From positions 76,818,001 to 76,882,000 of the forward strand of contig OX597815.1 in the NCBI GenBank assembly GCA_951406725.2: DNA of 64,000 nucleotides, written 5' to 3'. Made by a program: the position numbers and the translations under genes. The stretch comes from Octopus vulgaris. Taxonomy: Eukaryota. Positions 27,199-41,757 of the stretch are shown here, piece by piece. The first letter of the stretch is position 1. Each line of letters starts with the position of its first letter. The notes under the pieces were generated by a model. It was given only the letters and a program-made list of their open reading frames with translations, did not search any database and was not told the origin of the DNA.

Positions 27199-27254
<56 letters not shown>

Positions 27255-27779
27255 TAATATAAATATATATGTATGTATGTGTGTATGTATGCCTGTATAT
27301 ATGTGAGATAATAGTTTCACTTTAATAGTTTCAGTATTAATAGTGAAACTATCAAACTGAATGTATCTCACATTACAATAGAGAGATTTTATTGTTTCAC
27401 TTTTGACAGGTAATACTGAAATAGCGTAAGAGATAAGAGATTGTGCCGGGCTCGCATTAGGCAAGAGCTTGAAAATGTTTTTAGCCCATGACACTGCATG
27501 GACCCTAAGTAAGGCATGTGTAAAATTTAAATGAAATCGGTTGTGAAGTTCTCGAGTTTTATGATTTACACAGACTCCCCTTCACCGTTTTCTATCTGTC
27601 TCTCTCTCCCATTTTCTCATTTTCTCTCTTTCATTGCTCACACGTGAACATCGTCCATCTTTCTTTTCCTCGCGTGATCATCTTTCTTTTATTTCAAGAT
27701 TGTCCTAAGGACTGGACGTATGCTATCTCTCGCTTCTATCTTTTTTCTTGTCAAAGAAAATATTTCCCCAGTGTTCGCT

Positions 27780-28110
27780 ATTTTACGCTCATTCTGATCT
27801 AACGACCTTTCATGTTTGATTTTGTTCGGTTTCCTTGTATGTCTCCATTGGCTTTTTTTTCCCTAACATTGACCCTCCATAAATCCCAAACTTTATCTTG
27901 GTACTTATGGGAGCAACTATCTTCGAAGACTCATATTGTCGTTGAATGCTCGAAAGGAGGAGTAGATAGATAGCCGACGACTGATGAAGGATCGTTCTTT
28001 ATGGTACTTGTCCTGTTTTCCATTTGTTTCTCTCGTTTTTGCATATTGAACTCATTGGTTTTTGTATTTCATGTCGTTTACTGTAGATGACGTCCTATAC
28101 CCATACCCAT
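27780..28110 (+). repeat. Dispersed repeat homologous to 19128-19440, with degenerate hammerhead-like motifs
   Basis: Shared blocks TTGACCCTCC..AAATCCCAAA, GGGAGCAACT, TGCTCGAAA..GGAGGAGTAGATA and ACTGATGAAGG. Confidence 0.75.
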
Positions 28111-28117
28111 GTTTGTA

Positions 28118-28262
28118 TTACTCATTTTTGCCAGCTGAGTGGACTGGAGCAACGTGAAATGAAGTGTTTTGCTCAAGAACACAACGCGTCGCCCGGTCCA
28201 GGAATCGAAACCACAATCTTACGATCATGATGCTGACACCCTAACCACTAACCACGTGACTC
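28118..28262 (-). mobile_element. SINE family A, 5' part
   Basis: Reverse complement of about 2770-2900. Confidence 0.75.
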
Positions 28263-28294
<32 letters not shown>

Positions 28295-28309
28295 CATATG
28301 TATATATAA

Positions 28310-28343
<34 letters not shown>

Positions 28344-28972
28344 CTAATTGTACACACCCATAGTAAACACATATGCAAAACCAGCACGCAAGTTTTTCTA
28401 TGTTTTCTGCATGGATATATGTGTGTAACTGTGCATGTTTTTCCTTTGTAGTGTGTGTGTGTGTTGTTACGTTTTATTTAACGAAGAGCTTTTTTTATTA
28501 TTTCAGATTTCATCCATCCATATATTTATTGATTATGTAAGCACTGAACAAACTTTTATTGTATTTATTTCTTTTTACTTCTATGTGTAGAAGCCAAACG
28601 CTAATTGCTTCCCATTTATTAATTATCATTAATTATATAAACATATTTCAGTTAATGCTTTTTCATATTTTCACATCATTTCAACGAAGCACTAAAATTT
28701 GAAGTTTATTCACCATGTCTAATTTCAATACCTTTTACTAATATATTCATTTTGTTATCTATACTGGAATCTTCGATTAATCTCGTTCGGCTGTAATTTA
28801 ATAAGCAGCATTTTCCATAACGGAATTCTTTTACATTTACATTTTTGCTTGGGATTAATATCTGATAACAACTTGTCTATAATAGAGACTACTGCTTCTA
28901 CTACAAATTCATCCAGATTTTAGATAAGCATTTTGAAAGATTCCCATCGAGCCAGTATATGTTTATGTGTGT

Positions 28973-29052
<80 letters not shown>

Positions 29053-29486
29053 TTATCTTTCTCTCTCTCTCTGTATATATATATATAATTTATATATTTA
29101 TATATATAAACTCAGCGGTGGTGCCCCAGTATGGCCGCGGCCTTCGGGCTAAAACATTTTTAAGGATTTAAGGATATATATATCGAATTTATTTCAATTG
29201 AATTTAAACTTAATTGTAATTCGAATTTAATTGTAGCCATGAAACGTACGTAGTTTTATTACTTATAATATATTGATCATTCATTTTTATACTTTTTGAG
29301 ATCGAGTTATATGTTTTATAAAAATAAATAATATTTGTTATTTATGTTTTAGTTTATGTCTATCACTGTTTGAGTTTCATAATAGTGGTTTTATCTCTAA
29401 TTTATATTTTATATATTTATATTGTGAAATTTAATTTAATACTAAATTGAATTTTTCCCTGTAAGTTTGGAGTTATAATCCCTAAC

Positions 29487-29550
<64 letters not shown>

Positions 29551-29556
<6 letters not shown>

Positions 29557-30010
29557 AAAATAGTAAAGAGTGAAAAAACGACAGAAGGCTTAAATGTTAA
29601 AAAATATATATATTTGCGTCAAAATGTCTGGAGAATATTGGAAAAAATTTTTTTCCTTTCCTTAAAATGACATAATTTTATAATTTTTAAAGAAATACCG
29701 GTTTCGCAGTTAGCTCTTCAAATTTCTTGTGACTTAATGTTTATTTTTAATAACGTAATCCTTGTATTTTTGCTAAGGAGAGTTCTAAATAAGGGAAAGT
29801 AGTGAGTGATTTCTTCCGGTGTAAGGGAGATAATCGCTTAAAAAAATTTTTTTTTTCCTTTAGTGTGAATTTAAAAATTATAAAATTATGTCATTTTAAG
29901 GAAAGGAAAAACATTTTTTCCAATATTCTCCAGACATTTTGACGCAAATATATATATTTTTTAACATTTAAGCCTTCTGTCGTTTTTTCACTCTTTACTA
30001 TTTTCTTATA
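29551..30010. repeat. Fold-back element with ~140-bp inverted arms and a ~180-bp spacer, between (TA)n tracts
   Basis: 29551-29691 is the reverse complement of 29870-30010 with about one mismatch. Confidence 0.95.
29690..29728 (-). ncRNA. Minimal hammerhead-like motif (U3, one extra U)
   Basis: Reverse complement reads AAGAAA-T-TTGAAGA-GC(TAACT)GC-GAA-ACCGGT-A-TTTCTT; stem III is the palindrome ACCGGT. Confidence 0.6.
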
Positions 30011-30046
30011 TATTCACCCACGTGCTTTACCAAACAAACTTTCTTA

Positions 30047-30106
<60 letters not shown>

Positions 30107-31449
30107 TGTATGTATATTTGTATGTATGTATGTATGCATGTATGTATATATGCATGTATGTATGCATGTATGTATGTGTGTATGTATGTATGTATGTATG
30201 TATTATATAAATGAAACGGAGGACCAGTAGTAATACTCAGAAATACAGAGTGCAAGCCCGCCTTAATTGGTATGATTCATATGTCCTGATACTTTAATGT
30301 CTTGCGGGCGTTGTCAAAGAGTTCAAGAAGACAAAGGCTGACAGAAGACAAGCCGTGGTGGTCAGCTTTGAGATAGTTGTTGACAGACTAAATTTCCAAC
30401 AGACAATGCTCCTTCATAGCGAAGATGGTAATGCTGGAAAGTATACATTCCATTGCTATCATCGGGATGGTATCATCGTCAGCAACGTTCATTTTCTATT
30501 TTGTCTAACAACGGAGTCAGGCAACGTGAACATGTTCGAAAAATGCTGGACGGTTTCAGTCAGAACACTACAACCTAGTGATAAAGGGCCACAGATGTTG
30601 AGGATGAGAATAAGCTGGAGCTGTCTCCTGTAAATCCTTGTTGTCCTGATCAGATTTGATGGATGATCAAAAGCAAGCATAATGATACTTAAACTCTGTA
30701 CCTTCATATATACATGCACAAAAACTCTCAAATAGGAACAGACAACACATATATACACACGTATGTGTATAATGTGTGAATGTGTATGTGCGTGTGTGCG
30801 TGCGCGTATGCATGTGTCTGTGTGTGTGCATACTTCAATTAATGAAGTTTATACGTTCCACTGTTTTCATTTGCCATAAGAAACTTTGTATCAGAAGAAG
30901 ATAAAACAGTTTTTACGAAGATAAGTTCTTTTAATTATCGAATGAAATGTATACTTATATAATACAGTCATCTATAACGTCCTTGCATTGACAGGAAAAT
31001 CTTTTGAAGAAAATTATAAATATTTTAAAATTATAAACTCTTCATATAGAAAATCTTCTTTGAAGGAAATTATATACAATTCAATGAATAATATACACTT
31101 TCTTTGGTTTAAGCATCAAGTAAAAGCGACAAAATATAAAATATATCTGAGAATATTGATTTTTTTCTCTGTAATAGTACCAACGGTTGATTGCTTCGCC
31201 TTCTTAAGAACCTGATATTCTTCTCTATAACAATCCATCGCTATCATTACAGGTCTTTTAATTTTCATACAACGGTCAATATTTGAATTGGTTTCTAAAG
31301 CATAAAGCGTAAGTTATTTCAATAAGTCCTCTTCACCGTCAGACCAAAAGACTAATGGATGTGTTCACTCATCAAGGTCAACATCGATAAAGGTCTTATC
31401 AGCATGCAATAAATTTTGAATATAACTTCCTCTTCTTAATATTCCACTT

Positions 31450-32030
31450 TCTGAGCATTTTACAAGGCTAGCGTTGTTTGTATAATTTTACTCTCCACCC
31501 CAGTCTTTTTTAATTACGTATGGACACATTTGTTCCATATCTAGATGTGAAATGTATGCTTAATTGTTTCCCCAAGAATCTTAAATACTTATTGCTCAGA
31601 TATTTTAATGTTTTTGTTTTCCAGAATTCATTGACGAAAAGATCTTTATCATTAGATGCACTGTAATCAACTGACTTAAGAGTTTAAAATGTTACGCTTT
31701 GAAAACGGAAATAACTCCCTGATCCATTGGCTGCAGAAGGGAAACTATGTTTGATGGGATGTAAACAAATTCAATAAGTATGCACGTTTGGAATAAATCA
31801 TGACAACCAGAAGCGCTGCACAAAATGTAATCAAAGATGATTGGAAGTATGACTAGAAGCGCTGCTCAAAAGCTGAAGTGTCTTATGCTTGGAATTATCC
31901 TTCACTATAATAACGTTTGACAGAGGATTATAAACAGTTGTATGTAACCTAAGCTTTTTCTTTTCGTTTTCACATTAACAGGAAGACGAGTTTGGAGATG
32001 ATTTTCATCGCACTTGGAGTATCAGAATGG
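31450..32030 (-). mobile_element. pogo/Tigger-like DDE transposase remnant
   Basis: Minus-strand translation near 31690-31772 gives EFVYIPSNIVSLLQPMDQGVISVFKA, matching the pogo/CENP-B family QP(M/L)DQG motif. Boundaries are approximate. Confidence 0.7.
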
Positions 32031-32697
32031 CAAACAAGCAATTGTATCAGTTTCAAGTGTCCTCTAACATAAGCTCATACACACTGCGTAAGCACATTCC
32101 TAGGTACACATAATTATCATTCCTATAGAGATATATGTCTCCAGCTCATAGAAATACTACAAACATATTTATAAAAATAGTTCAAAAATTAGCCACTGTT
32201 ACTCTGAAAACCTCGCTACTTATTTTTAACTATTGGTAGAAGAAATCACTCAAGCACAAGTACAATCTGATATATGTGTGTATAATATATATATAATATA
32301 ATAAATGCGAAAACCAATTTTTGCGTGTCAGTGTGTCACACTTAGACCCCCCCACCTCTCTCAATTGTCAATGACACTCCTACTATTCCTCATGATGAGG
32401 TAAGCGTGATATAGTAGGCATAGTGACGGTGAGTGCGGTGGCAAACACAAACAGAGACACAAAGAAAAAGAGAGGGAGAGAAAGAGGGACAATGAAATGT
32501 AGGGAGAGTTAATGTTTTATTGAAATTAGTCGTGTTGATGGAGGCAGTGGGGGTAATAATAAAAGAGAAAGAAAAAGTGGGTATGTAAGAGAAAGTGGAA
32601 GGGAATTTACAACTTTGTTTAACTTTGTCTCTTTGACAGAAATTCCTGTCGCGAACCTACTGAACACTGTCATTTTTTATTTTTTGCTTTCTTTAGT

Positions 32698-32736
<39 letters not shown>

Positions 32737-32744
32737 CACACACA

Positions 32745-32806
<62 letters not shown>

Positions 32807-32859
32807 CATATATATATATACACTTTAATTGAAATAAAGTTTCCCAGAAATTAAACATA

Positions 32860-33641
32860 TCTAGTATAATAAATGTGTATGTCAGTGTCACACTTTTTGA
32901 ACTTTAATAAATCGTTTCTACTGGAAGCACAAGGCCTCGAAGTTTGGGGGAAGGGATTAAGTCGATTACATCGACTCCAGTACGTAACTGGTACTAATTT
33001 TATCGACCCCGAAAGGATGGAAGGCAAACTTGATATCGGCTGAATTCGAACTCAAAACCTAACGGCAGACAAAACACCGCTAAGCATTTCGCCCCGCATG
33101 CCACCGATTCTGCCAGCTGATATAATAAATATGAATGTCAGCGTGTCACACTTTTTCAACTTTATTCCTAGAGGCCGTTTTGGAATCAGGCTGACTCCAT
33201 GAGTAAATTAAAAACATACCGGGTCGAATCCGGACACCCAATCCTGAAATTTTGGATTCCCAAGTTTTCGTTACTGTGATTATTTTCGGCAACCTTTTTA
33301 CGTGACATTTTGCGACAAATTTCTTGTACGATAACAATTTTTATAATCTAAAGGCTAACTCCGTGAGTAAATTAAAAACATTCCGGGCCGAATCCAGACC
33401 TGCAATCCTTAACTTTTGGTTTCCTATGTTTTCATTACTGCAATTGTTTGTGGCGAATTTTTTACGTGATTTCTTTTGCGACGAATACTATCATCATTGG
33501 TATATGACTGTGGAGGAAGCAATTGCAATAAATTCTCCAAAACAAGTCAGAGATCTGTTTGCAGATCTTCCCATAAGGTTCAGTTGCTTAAAAGCTATAC
33601 ACTAGCTTATAAGTTTCCCTATCGGGGGGCTTTTTAGCTAG
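32860..33641 (+). mobile_element. Non-autonomous Helitron with a repeated 5' segment, a SINE-C insertion (32925-33118) and a short RepHel fragment
   Basis: The 5' motif TATAATAAAT..GTCAG.GTCACACTTTTT occurs at about 32866 and 33121. It encodes the peptide HWYMTVEEAIAINSPKQVRDLFA and ends with the hairpin CCCTATCGGGG and CTAG|T at 33638-33642. Confidence 0.6.
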
Positions 33642-33729
<88 letters not shown>

Positions 33730-34397
33730 AGTGTCTGTAATCAATCATTCTGTAATTTTCTTGCACTCCCATCCTCAGTGAGATCAAAGACGTACTATAG
33801 TTATGTCACCTGATAATATAGAAAGAAACTGCAGTGGCCACCTTAACACCCAATTCTTTTAAGAACCGATGTACATATACTCCTTCCGATACTTAAAGTT
33901 AAGACACGCTACTTTATAAACCAAATATAAATAATACCGAAAATGAAAAAAAATACATAGACATTTGGTCAAGCCTTGATTGAAAATGCATCCAATACAT
34001 GTCAGCTTTGCCTAGTAGGAAAATATTGACATCATCAAAAAGGATGATTAAACAAAGGATCCTAACTGGAACTGCGATACAAACCTATATGAAGATCGAC
34101 ATCTTTATAATCTTTCAGTTACCGAAAGGTTAAATACTTGAATCTATACACATCAAACGTCAGAGAAAAATGTTTAGCAAAATAACCTTCTAAAGTTCTC
34201 ATAAACTGATATAATACTCGTATTCACATAAATGTTTCTGTGATTTTCATGTTTAATTCACTTTAAGTTATTATTTTGAATATTTTTTTTCTTATTTACA
34301 CACACACACACACACACACATTATGTATATATATATATGTGCATGTGTGCATGTGTGTGTGTGTTTTATGATTCATATTCTTTGATATCACGGAACA

Positions 34398-34455
<58 letters not shown>

Positions 34456-34574
34456 AATATAAGAGAGTGGTCACTATGCACACGCACAAACAGATATATA
34501 CGTACTCATGTACATGTAGATATAAGCATGCCTATATATGTGTGTGTGTGTGTGTGTGTGCATGTATATATCTG

Positions 34575-34621
<47 letters not shown>

Positions 34622-35055
34622 TTTATTACACTTATTCTTTTGTTCCATTATTTCTTTCATTCATTTATCTCATTCTATTTCATTCTTGTTTCTTTTTTTT
34701 CATTTATTACAAGATATTAATACATTATATTCAAATTTTTTACATTATCTACTCTATCATATGTAAGATGTTTTAATGTATTGTACATTATGTTCTGTGT
34801 CTATGTTGTAGATTATATTTTACACATACATATATTTAAGTAAATAGTACTTATTTCATTCGTTTTAATTTTCTTCTATTTTATATTTATATGTGTGTGT
34901 ATGTGTGTGCTCATGCTTGTATGCGTGCATTGTATCTGTGTAGGCGAGTTCGTGTGTTTATGCACTTTTGTAAAGAGTGTATTTACTTGAGTTATGTGGG
35001 CAAGTGTAAGTATAGAAAGCGATACTTAGATGTCCCTATGCATATGTAAGTGTGC

Positions 35056-35098
<43 letters not shown>

Positions 35099-35150
35099 GT
35101 GTACGTGCATTCATATATATATATGTTTATATATATATATATATATATAT

Positions 35151-35186
<36 letters not shown>

Positions 35187-35215
35187 AATTTAAGGAATGG
35201 GGTAGGTAAGACCCA

Positions 35216-35300
35216 AGCTACATATGCTTCATAGCTAGCGGAACTATAGAAGTAATAAATTATTCAAACGAGAGGTAGACCGCAAGCTACACTTCAGGCC
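35216..35300 (-). ncRNA. Decayed hammerhead motif with extended stem II (two core substitutions)
   Basis: Reverse complement reads GGC-CTGAAGT-GTAGCT.GCGG...CCGC.AGCTAT-GAA-GCATATGT-A-GCT; next to (TA)n. Confidence 0.5.
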
Positions 35301-35519
35301 AAAGATTCCTTGATTATATGAAGTTATATATGTTATATGAACACGGCATCTCCTATCGACAATGTAAACTGCATATAACCAAGGTATCCTTGGCTTGAAG
35401 AGTAGCCCTTAGTACGAGGCCAATTGGTAGGATCGCACATCCTGCATATATAATACTGTACGCTTCGATTAATATATACACATACACGCACGCACACACA
35501 CACACGCATACACACACAC

Positions 35520-35583
<64 letters not shown>

Positions 35584-37244
35584 CTATCAGATTGATAAGT
35601 GCGTTCATGTGACAGTGACAGTGTCGGGCCTTGAGTCATTGATAGTGCTTTTAAATTGCAATAAAATAACATGAGCGCTCTACTTTATGTATTAAGTTCT
35701 GTTTCTTCCGTTTGTGTGTGTGTGTGTGTGTGTATGTGTGTGTGTGTATGTGTGTGTGTGTGTGTATGTGTGTGTGTGTGCGTTTGTGTGTGTGTGAGTG
35801 CGTGTGTGTGTGTGTGCGTGTGCGTGAGTGAGTGCGTGCTGGTGTGTGATCGTTTAATACAAAAGGGAAAAATAGAACTTAATGCGTAGAGTGTTTATAT
35901 CATTTTATTATAGCTGAAAAGCAATATCATTATATGTATCTACGTATGCACGTATATGACATCTATACCCACTCCCATACATACACACGCATACAGATGT
36001 AAAAGTATATGCCTTGCTTTTGTCTGCATGTGTATGGGAGAGATTACAAAAGTTATAGCTAAGAATGACACTTGGTTTGGTGAACCAAATATAACACAAT
36101 GAAATGCGAGCGGAATTTTCTCAATTATAAGTTGTGTGAAATCTGCCCCCTTATACTTTATTCACACAATGCCAATTCTGCACAGTAATAGAAAATTCAA
36201 TATTTTCACACATTATTTGATCAGATTAGAATTCTGTGCTTAACGGGAAAATATCAATACAAAGGAAAACAAAAACGAAATAACACATAGGAATAAATTC
36301 GTTTTGGAATGTATTTCAGTTAAAGCAAAAATATACCTGTATTAGTAATATATTCAATGCATATGCTTTGATATTGTCTTGGAAAATATGAAAGGAAATA
36401 TGCGGTCGTTAATAAATGAAGAGAAAAAGTTGTAGAAAATAGGTTAAGTCAGGTACATTGAGAACTAGTAGTACTTGTGGAAATTCTATAGTTATTTTTG
36501 AAGACTGTATGATGGTTGGAAGTTTATAAGAGAACCATGAAATATATAGGCAACATCTCTGAAAGCTATATTTTCTTGCAATTTATTTGTCAACGTTTCT
36601 ACCCTGTGTGCTGTTACCTATTAATTTTCACTCTACCACAAGTGTAAATAATCTTGACTATGGAACGAAATCGAAGATATAATTTATTCATAATATTGTA
36701 CGGATTCGTTGGTAAAGTTTTGGTAACATAATACGATGCATTACATTCTTATTTCCATATCAAAGAAATTTCGTATGATTTGTTTTAAATCCATAGCCAC
36801 ATTAAACGAAATAAGGTAGAGTCCTACAGAGATGTGGATGCTGAAAAAAAAAAAAAAGGCTTGGTAGAATCTTTAAATGTTCGCTTCGTAATCAGCTGGC
36901 CCTGGGTTCAGTTCTACGGCATTGCAAATGGATAAGAGTCTTCTGCTATAGCTTCGAGTTTATAAATTTCTTGTGAGAAATTCATTATATGTTCATCGGG
37001 TATATGTGCGTACGTGTATATTTATGTATTTATATATATATATGCACGTACATACGTACTCACGTGCGTGTATTTGTGTGCGTGCGTGCGCGCGCGTAAA
37101 AAGCTGTGGTACCTTGAACCTCAATCCCAACCTTATCACAAGAGTCTCAAAGATATTCTGTTTGTATGTATGTATGTATATATGTATGTATGCATGTATG
37201 TATGTATGTATGTATGTACGTATCTATGAGTGACTCGACCTCAG

Positions 37245-37531
37245 AGCTTATTTTTTTAAAGCCTGGTACTTATTCTATCGGTGTTTTTGCCGAAACGCTA
37301 AGTTATATGGACATAAACACACCAAAACCGGTTGTCAGACGGAGGTAGGAACAAACACACACATACACATATACACACACACACACTTACACGATGGGCT
37401 TCTTTCAGTTTCCGTCTACCAACTCCACTCACAAGGCTTTGGTCTGCCCGAAGCTATAATTGAGACATTTCCCCAGTGCCACGCATGGAACTGAACCAGG
37501 AGCACGTGGTTGATAAGCAGCCACGCCGGCG
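37245..37531 (-). mobile_element. SINE family B
   Basis: Reverse-complement similarity to 1921-2303. Confidence 0.75.
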
Positions 37532-37539
37532 CTAAGTAT

Positions 37540-38862
37540 ACTTTTTTTGCGACAACGTCATGTCGCATAGGAAGGTAGTTTCTCGTTGATCTTTTTTTGG
37601 CAGCTGCTAATCACGTGTGATATAATCTACATTTTCGGTTGTACCTTGGAGCTCCAAGGGCTTCACTTTCTCTTTTGTGTATTAGGTATTCTATATCAAT
37701 CTCCTCTCCTTGAATCGTAAATGCCTATCATTTGAAGTGTGATGTGATGTAACTTTCACGGCCCCAAGAAAGGCTACGCTTTATGTCGACATTACTGTCT
37801 TCTTCAACTCTACAGGAAACATACCTATGTATAGTTCCTTTTTTAAAGTTTTTTTTTTAAATGTTGAGCGTTTGACATCCAGGTCTTCTTTGAGATTTGT
37901 CAGTCAGGCTGTTTTAGAGTTGAATGGGAGGTCATCAGGAAGATAATGCTTCTTGAAGAGCTCACTGTCAATACATATGATGTTGTTCTCTTCCCTTTCA
38001 GCACTAATCCTGTCTAAAAGAGACCATGCGACTTTCGAAGGCAGTCTGCACTGATCTCAAGCCTCTGCCTCCTTCGTCTCTTCCTAGAGACTGTCGATAT
38101 CACTATTTCTGAAGAGATTTCCTGCTGGTATCAGGATCTTGCAGGTTTTAACGTCTGTGGAGTGGATTTACTCTACCAACTAGTCAAGTATCTCAAATGT
38201 TGGAATCAGCACTGGTATTGAAAAAGCATTGTGAGGTATTGTCTTGTAGTAAGAGGAGAGGTCTGGTTGCTATATTTTTTTTAATCTGGTAAAATATTCT
38301 CGGGTGACTATCTTTATTCACATTACCTTCGTATGATATGCATTCATCAATGCCTAGGTATTTACAACATTCTTTGTGCTGGACAGGAGAGATAGTAAGA
38401 CCATTGATGCATGATTTGGGGATCGAGGAGACTGATTTCCCAGGAATAAAGTATGAACATTTATTTTGGCCAAGTTCCATTCCTGTGTCAGCTGAGAATG
38501 CTGTTACTAATTCTAGCTGTTTGTTTTGTTTTTAGTGGCGGGGTGGGCATTGCTAGCATTATCAGCAATAAACCTCAAGGTCGTTTACAAAGAAATTATG
38601 GGCTACATTAATATATCTTGTAGCTGCAGACTCTAGCGTGTAGCCATTTGGTTTTTATAGCAGGAATGATAATGCATTTAAGGTCAAAATGAAAAGAATT
38701 ACAGAAAAAAAAAACTATTTCTTTGTAATACTCCTTTGAAATACTTATAACATTAAAGGAGATCATTACACTCTCAGTTTTACGTGTAAGAATTGTTGTC
38801 CAGGTCTTTACGAGCCTCTCCATGGCAGCAATTAAGGTGGCAGGCTCTTTATATGAGGAATG
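37540..38862 (-). mobile_element. Decayed R4/Dong-like non-LTR retrotransposon fragment
   Basis: Fragments HNFFVNDLEVY (RT catalytic region), MELGQNKCSY and CKYLGI resemble the element at 61982-63790. Confidence 0.6.
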
Positions 38863-38873
38863 TATGTATGTAA

Positions 38874-38932
<59 letters not shown>

Positions 38933-39022
38933 CATGTATTGAATAAGCATTACAAAACATTTGTAAACATATGGAATAAAAATATTTCTTATCTGTTACT
39001 TCTCCTAAATTTTATTACACAC

Positions 39023-40625
39023 ACACATCGACGACACTAATCATGCTCTCCGCCTGTTTCACTCTTTCTCCTCCCCTCCTGGTTCCTCTCAACTTCTGTT
39101 CCCTTTCGACATTGGGAGGCGGCGAGCTGGCAGAAACGTTAGCACCCCGAGTGACATGCTTAACGATATTTCGTCTCTTATTACTTTTTCAGTTCAAATT
39201 TCGCTGAGGTCGAATTTACCTTTCATCCGTTCGGGGTCGATAAAATAAGTACCAGTTACGCACTGGGGTCGACGCAATTGGCTTAATCCTTTTGTCTGTC
39301 CTTGTTTGTCCCCTCTATGTTTAGCCCCTTGTGAGCAATAAAGAAATAAAAAATATGTGTACACGGTGATCCCGCACAACAAAGGCCTTCTTGCGCTAAA
39401 ACACTTCCTTGACCTTCGACCCGACCCGCAGCCTAACACCTCCACCCTTCTTCGTTCGGCCGAACTTGTCCTTTCCCTCAACTGCTTCTCGATTGTGGAG
39501 GAATTTTACCAACATTCTCGGGAGTGGCCATGGGAACGATAATGGGCCCCAATAATGCGAACCTGTTTGTTGGTTATGTTGAAACCCAAATAATCTCACA
39601 GTTCACTAGTCCCACTCCTGAACTACACGGTCGTTTTATCGATGACTGTATCGGTGCAACCTCACTCTCCCGCAAACATTTTGATTCCTCCCTCTCCTTT
39701 GTCTAATCCTTTCATCCTGCCCTCGAATTCTCCTGCACTGTCTCTAACTCTTCCGTCGAATTTCTCAACATACACCACTCCGCTGTCAACACTTTCATTC
39801 ACTACAAACACATAGCCTCACACTCCTACCTTAATTTCTCATCCTCCCACCCTATCCACACTAAGCCCTCCATCCCCTACTTCCAATTCCTCCGTCTACG
39901 CAGTTTCTGCAGTGACGACCATGACTTTGAGACCCAGTCTCAACTCATGGCTCGTCACTTCACCTTACTTGGATATCTCCTCACCATTATCCACGCTGCC
40001 CTTGAACGGCCATGATCTGTGGACCATGCCTCTGCTCTTTTTCCTCGCACCCGTCTCACCCTTACCCGTTTCCCGTTTCTCCTCATCTACTGCCCCTCCA
40101 CCCTTTCCCTCCAACGCACAGTTCTCCGAACCTTCCGGTAACTCCAGTCTGACGCTCTACCTCGCACATCTTCCCTAACCCACCTCTTCCCTCTTTCAAA
40201 CGAGCCCATAACCTACGTAGCCACCTGGTCCACGGTTTCTTCCCTATTCCCGCCTCCCAGCCTGGCTCCTTTCTCTGTTCTCGCTCACGCAGTCGCACCT
40301 GCCATACCTCTCCATCACCACCATCCTCACTGGCACTCACCACTGTCCCAATCACATCACCGATTCCTTTACTTGCACCTCCAGTAACGTTATTTACTGC
40401 ATCTCCTACTCTGTCTGTCCTTCCCTGTACATTGGTCAATCGGGATGCCGCTTGGCTGGCCGGTTCGCGGAGCACCTCCGAGAAATCAGACACAGCAATG
40501 ACACCCTGGTCTCACGTCATTTCCGCTTTACAACATCTATTTGTGTTCAGACTATCTCTGCACAGGAGCCACCTGGACCCTCGCCTTCGTGGTGAACTGT
40601 AATTAATCTTCTTTCGTTCGTTTGC
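39023..40625 (+). mobile_element. Penelope-like element (Neptune-type) RT plus GIY-YIG endonuclease, 5'-truncated and decayed, with a SINE-C insertion at 39117-39352
   Basis: Fragments DTNHALRLF..FDI, YTVIPH, AMGTIMGPNNANLFVG, RFIDD, SIPYFQFLRL, a Cys-rich linker and FTCTSSNVIYCI..LYIGQS..RFAEH..RHF; (AC)n at the 5' junction. Confidence 0.85.
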
Positions 40626-41593
40626 GACTTGTGAGCTCAACTTGAAACTTCTTTTAATCTGACACACCTCACATAGATTCCTCACACTTCCCACATGCAC
40701 CTGTCCCTCCCCTCACCTACACACCTGCATATCACCTACTTCAGTACCCTCACCATACACATACCACTAAAAAAGCACCCATACATATTGTTCAACTCAT
40801 TACACGCGTCATACACCATTACACCCACACCCACAAACACCTTTTCACTCCACACACATAAGCACCCAACACTTCTCAGCATACACATTACACACCATTT
40901 TCACACTTCCACACACCCACACACACACGCTTCAATAGCGTCACCACACAAACCACTATACGAGCATCCCTACACACTGTTCAACTCAGAATACATACCA
41001 CACTCCATCATGTACAATCTCACACACACACAAGCATATAATGCCTGAACACAGACAATATATACACACTCACACGCGACATGCATAAACACACACAACA
41101 CGCATTAACAAATACAACACGCATAGGCAGATACTTTCGCCCACAAGCATACACTATACACATGTACACTATATGGTCACACATGCAAACACACGTGCAC
41201 ACACAACCTGAATAAGTACATATCAACTACTAAACATGCGTTTTCACACACAAACATGTCCATATTCACACTCACACGTATACATATGTCCAAACACACA
41301 CACAAATACACAGAACGCACATCACTTCACATAATGTACGAACTGTGTCACATACATATATACACACACACTCAGGTCTACTATGTTTCTGCTCGCCTAC
41401 ACATACATATTCACACACTCACACACACCGTTCTGACATACACACATGCGTGAGAATAGAATTCGTTCGACCGTAATTATCTCTCTTTCATTCAGTCTTC
41501 TTCTGGCTGTAACGTCATGTTGAGCCGTTAATCCCTACAAACATTTTTCTTTATCTCTCCGCTTTTTTTTTCATCCTTTTCCCCCTCTTAATC

Positions 41594-41629
41594 CTTTCTG
41601 TCGAAGAATATAGGCTCGAAACGTAAAAG
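41594..41629 (+). ncRNA. Variant-core hammerhead-like motif about 1 kb downstream of the PLE ORF
   Basis: Reads CTTT-CTGTCGA-A-GAAT(ATAG)GCTC-GAA-ACGT-A-AAAG. Flanking sequence is homologous to 1700-1860. Confidence 0.55.
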
Positions 41630-41702
41630 ACTTTTCCATTCTTCCCAAGCGTTAAACAAATACACCTGCTTGTTGTTCCTACATCTGTCTTCGTCTTTTG
41701 TT

Positions 41703-41757
<55 letters not shown>

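Noticed and set aside
30240-30700. Possible LINE RT remnant
   Set aside because: The composition is coding-like but no diagnostic motif could be read with confidence.
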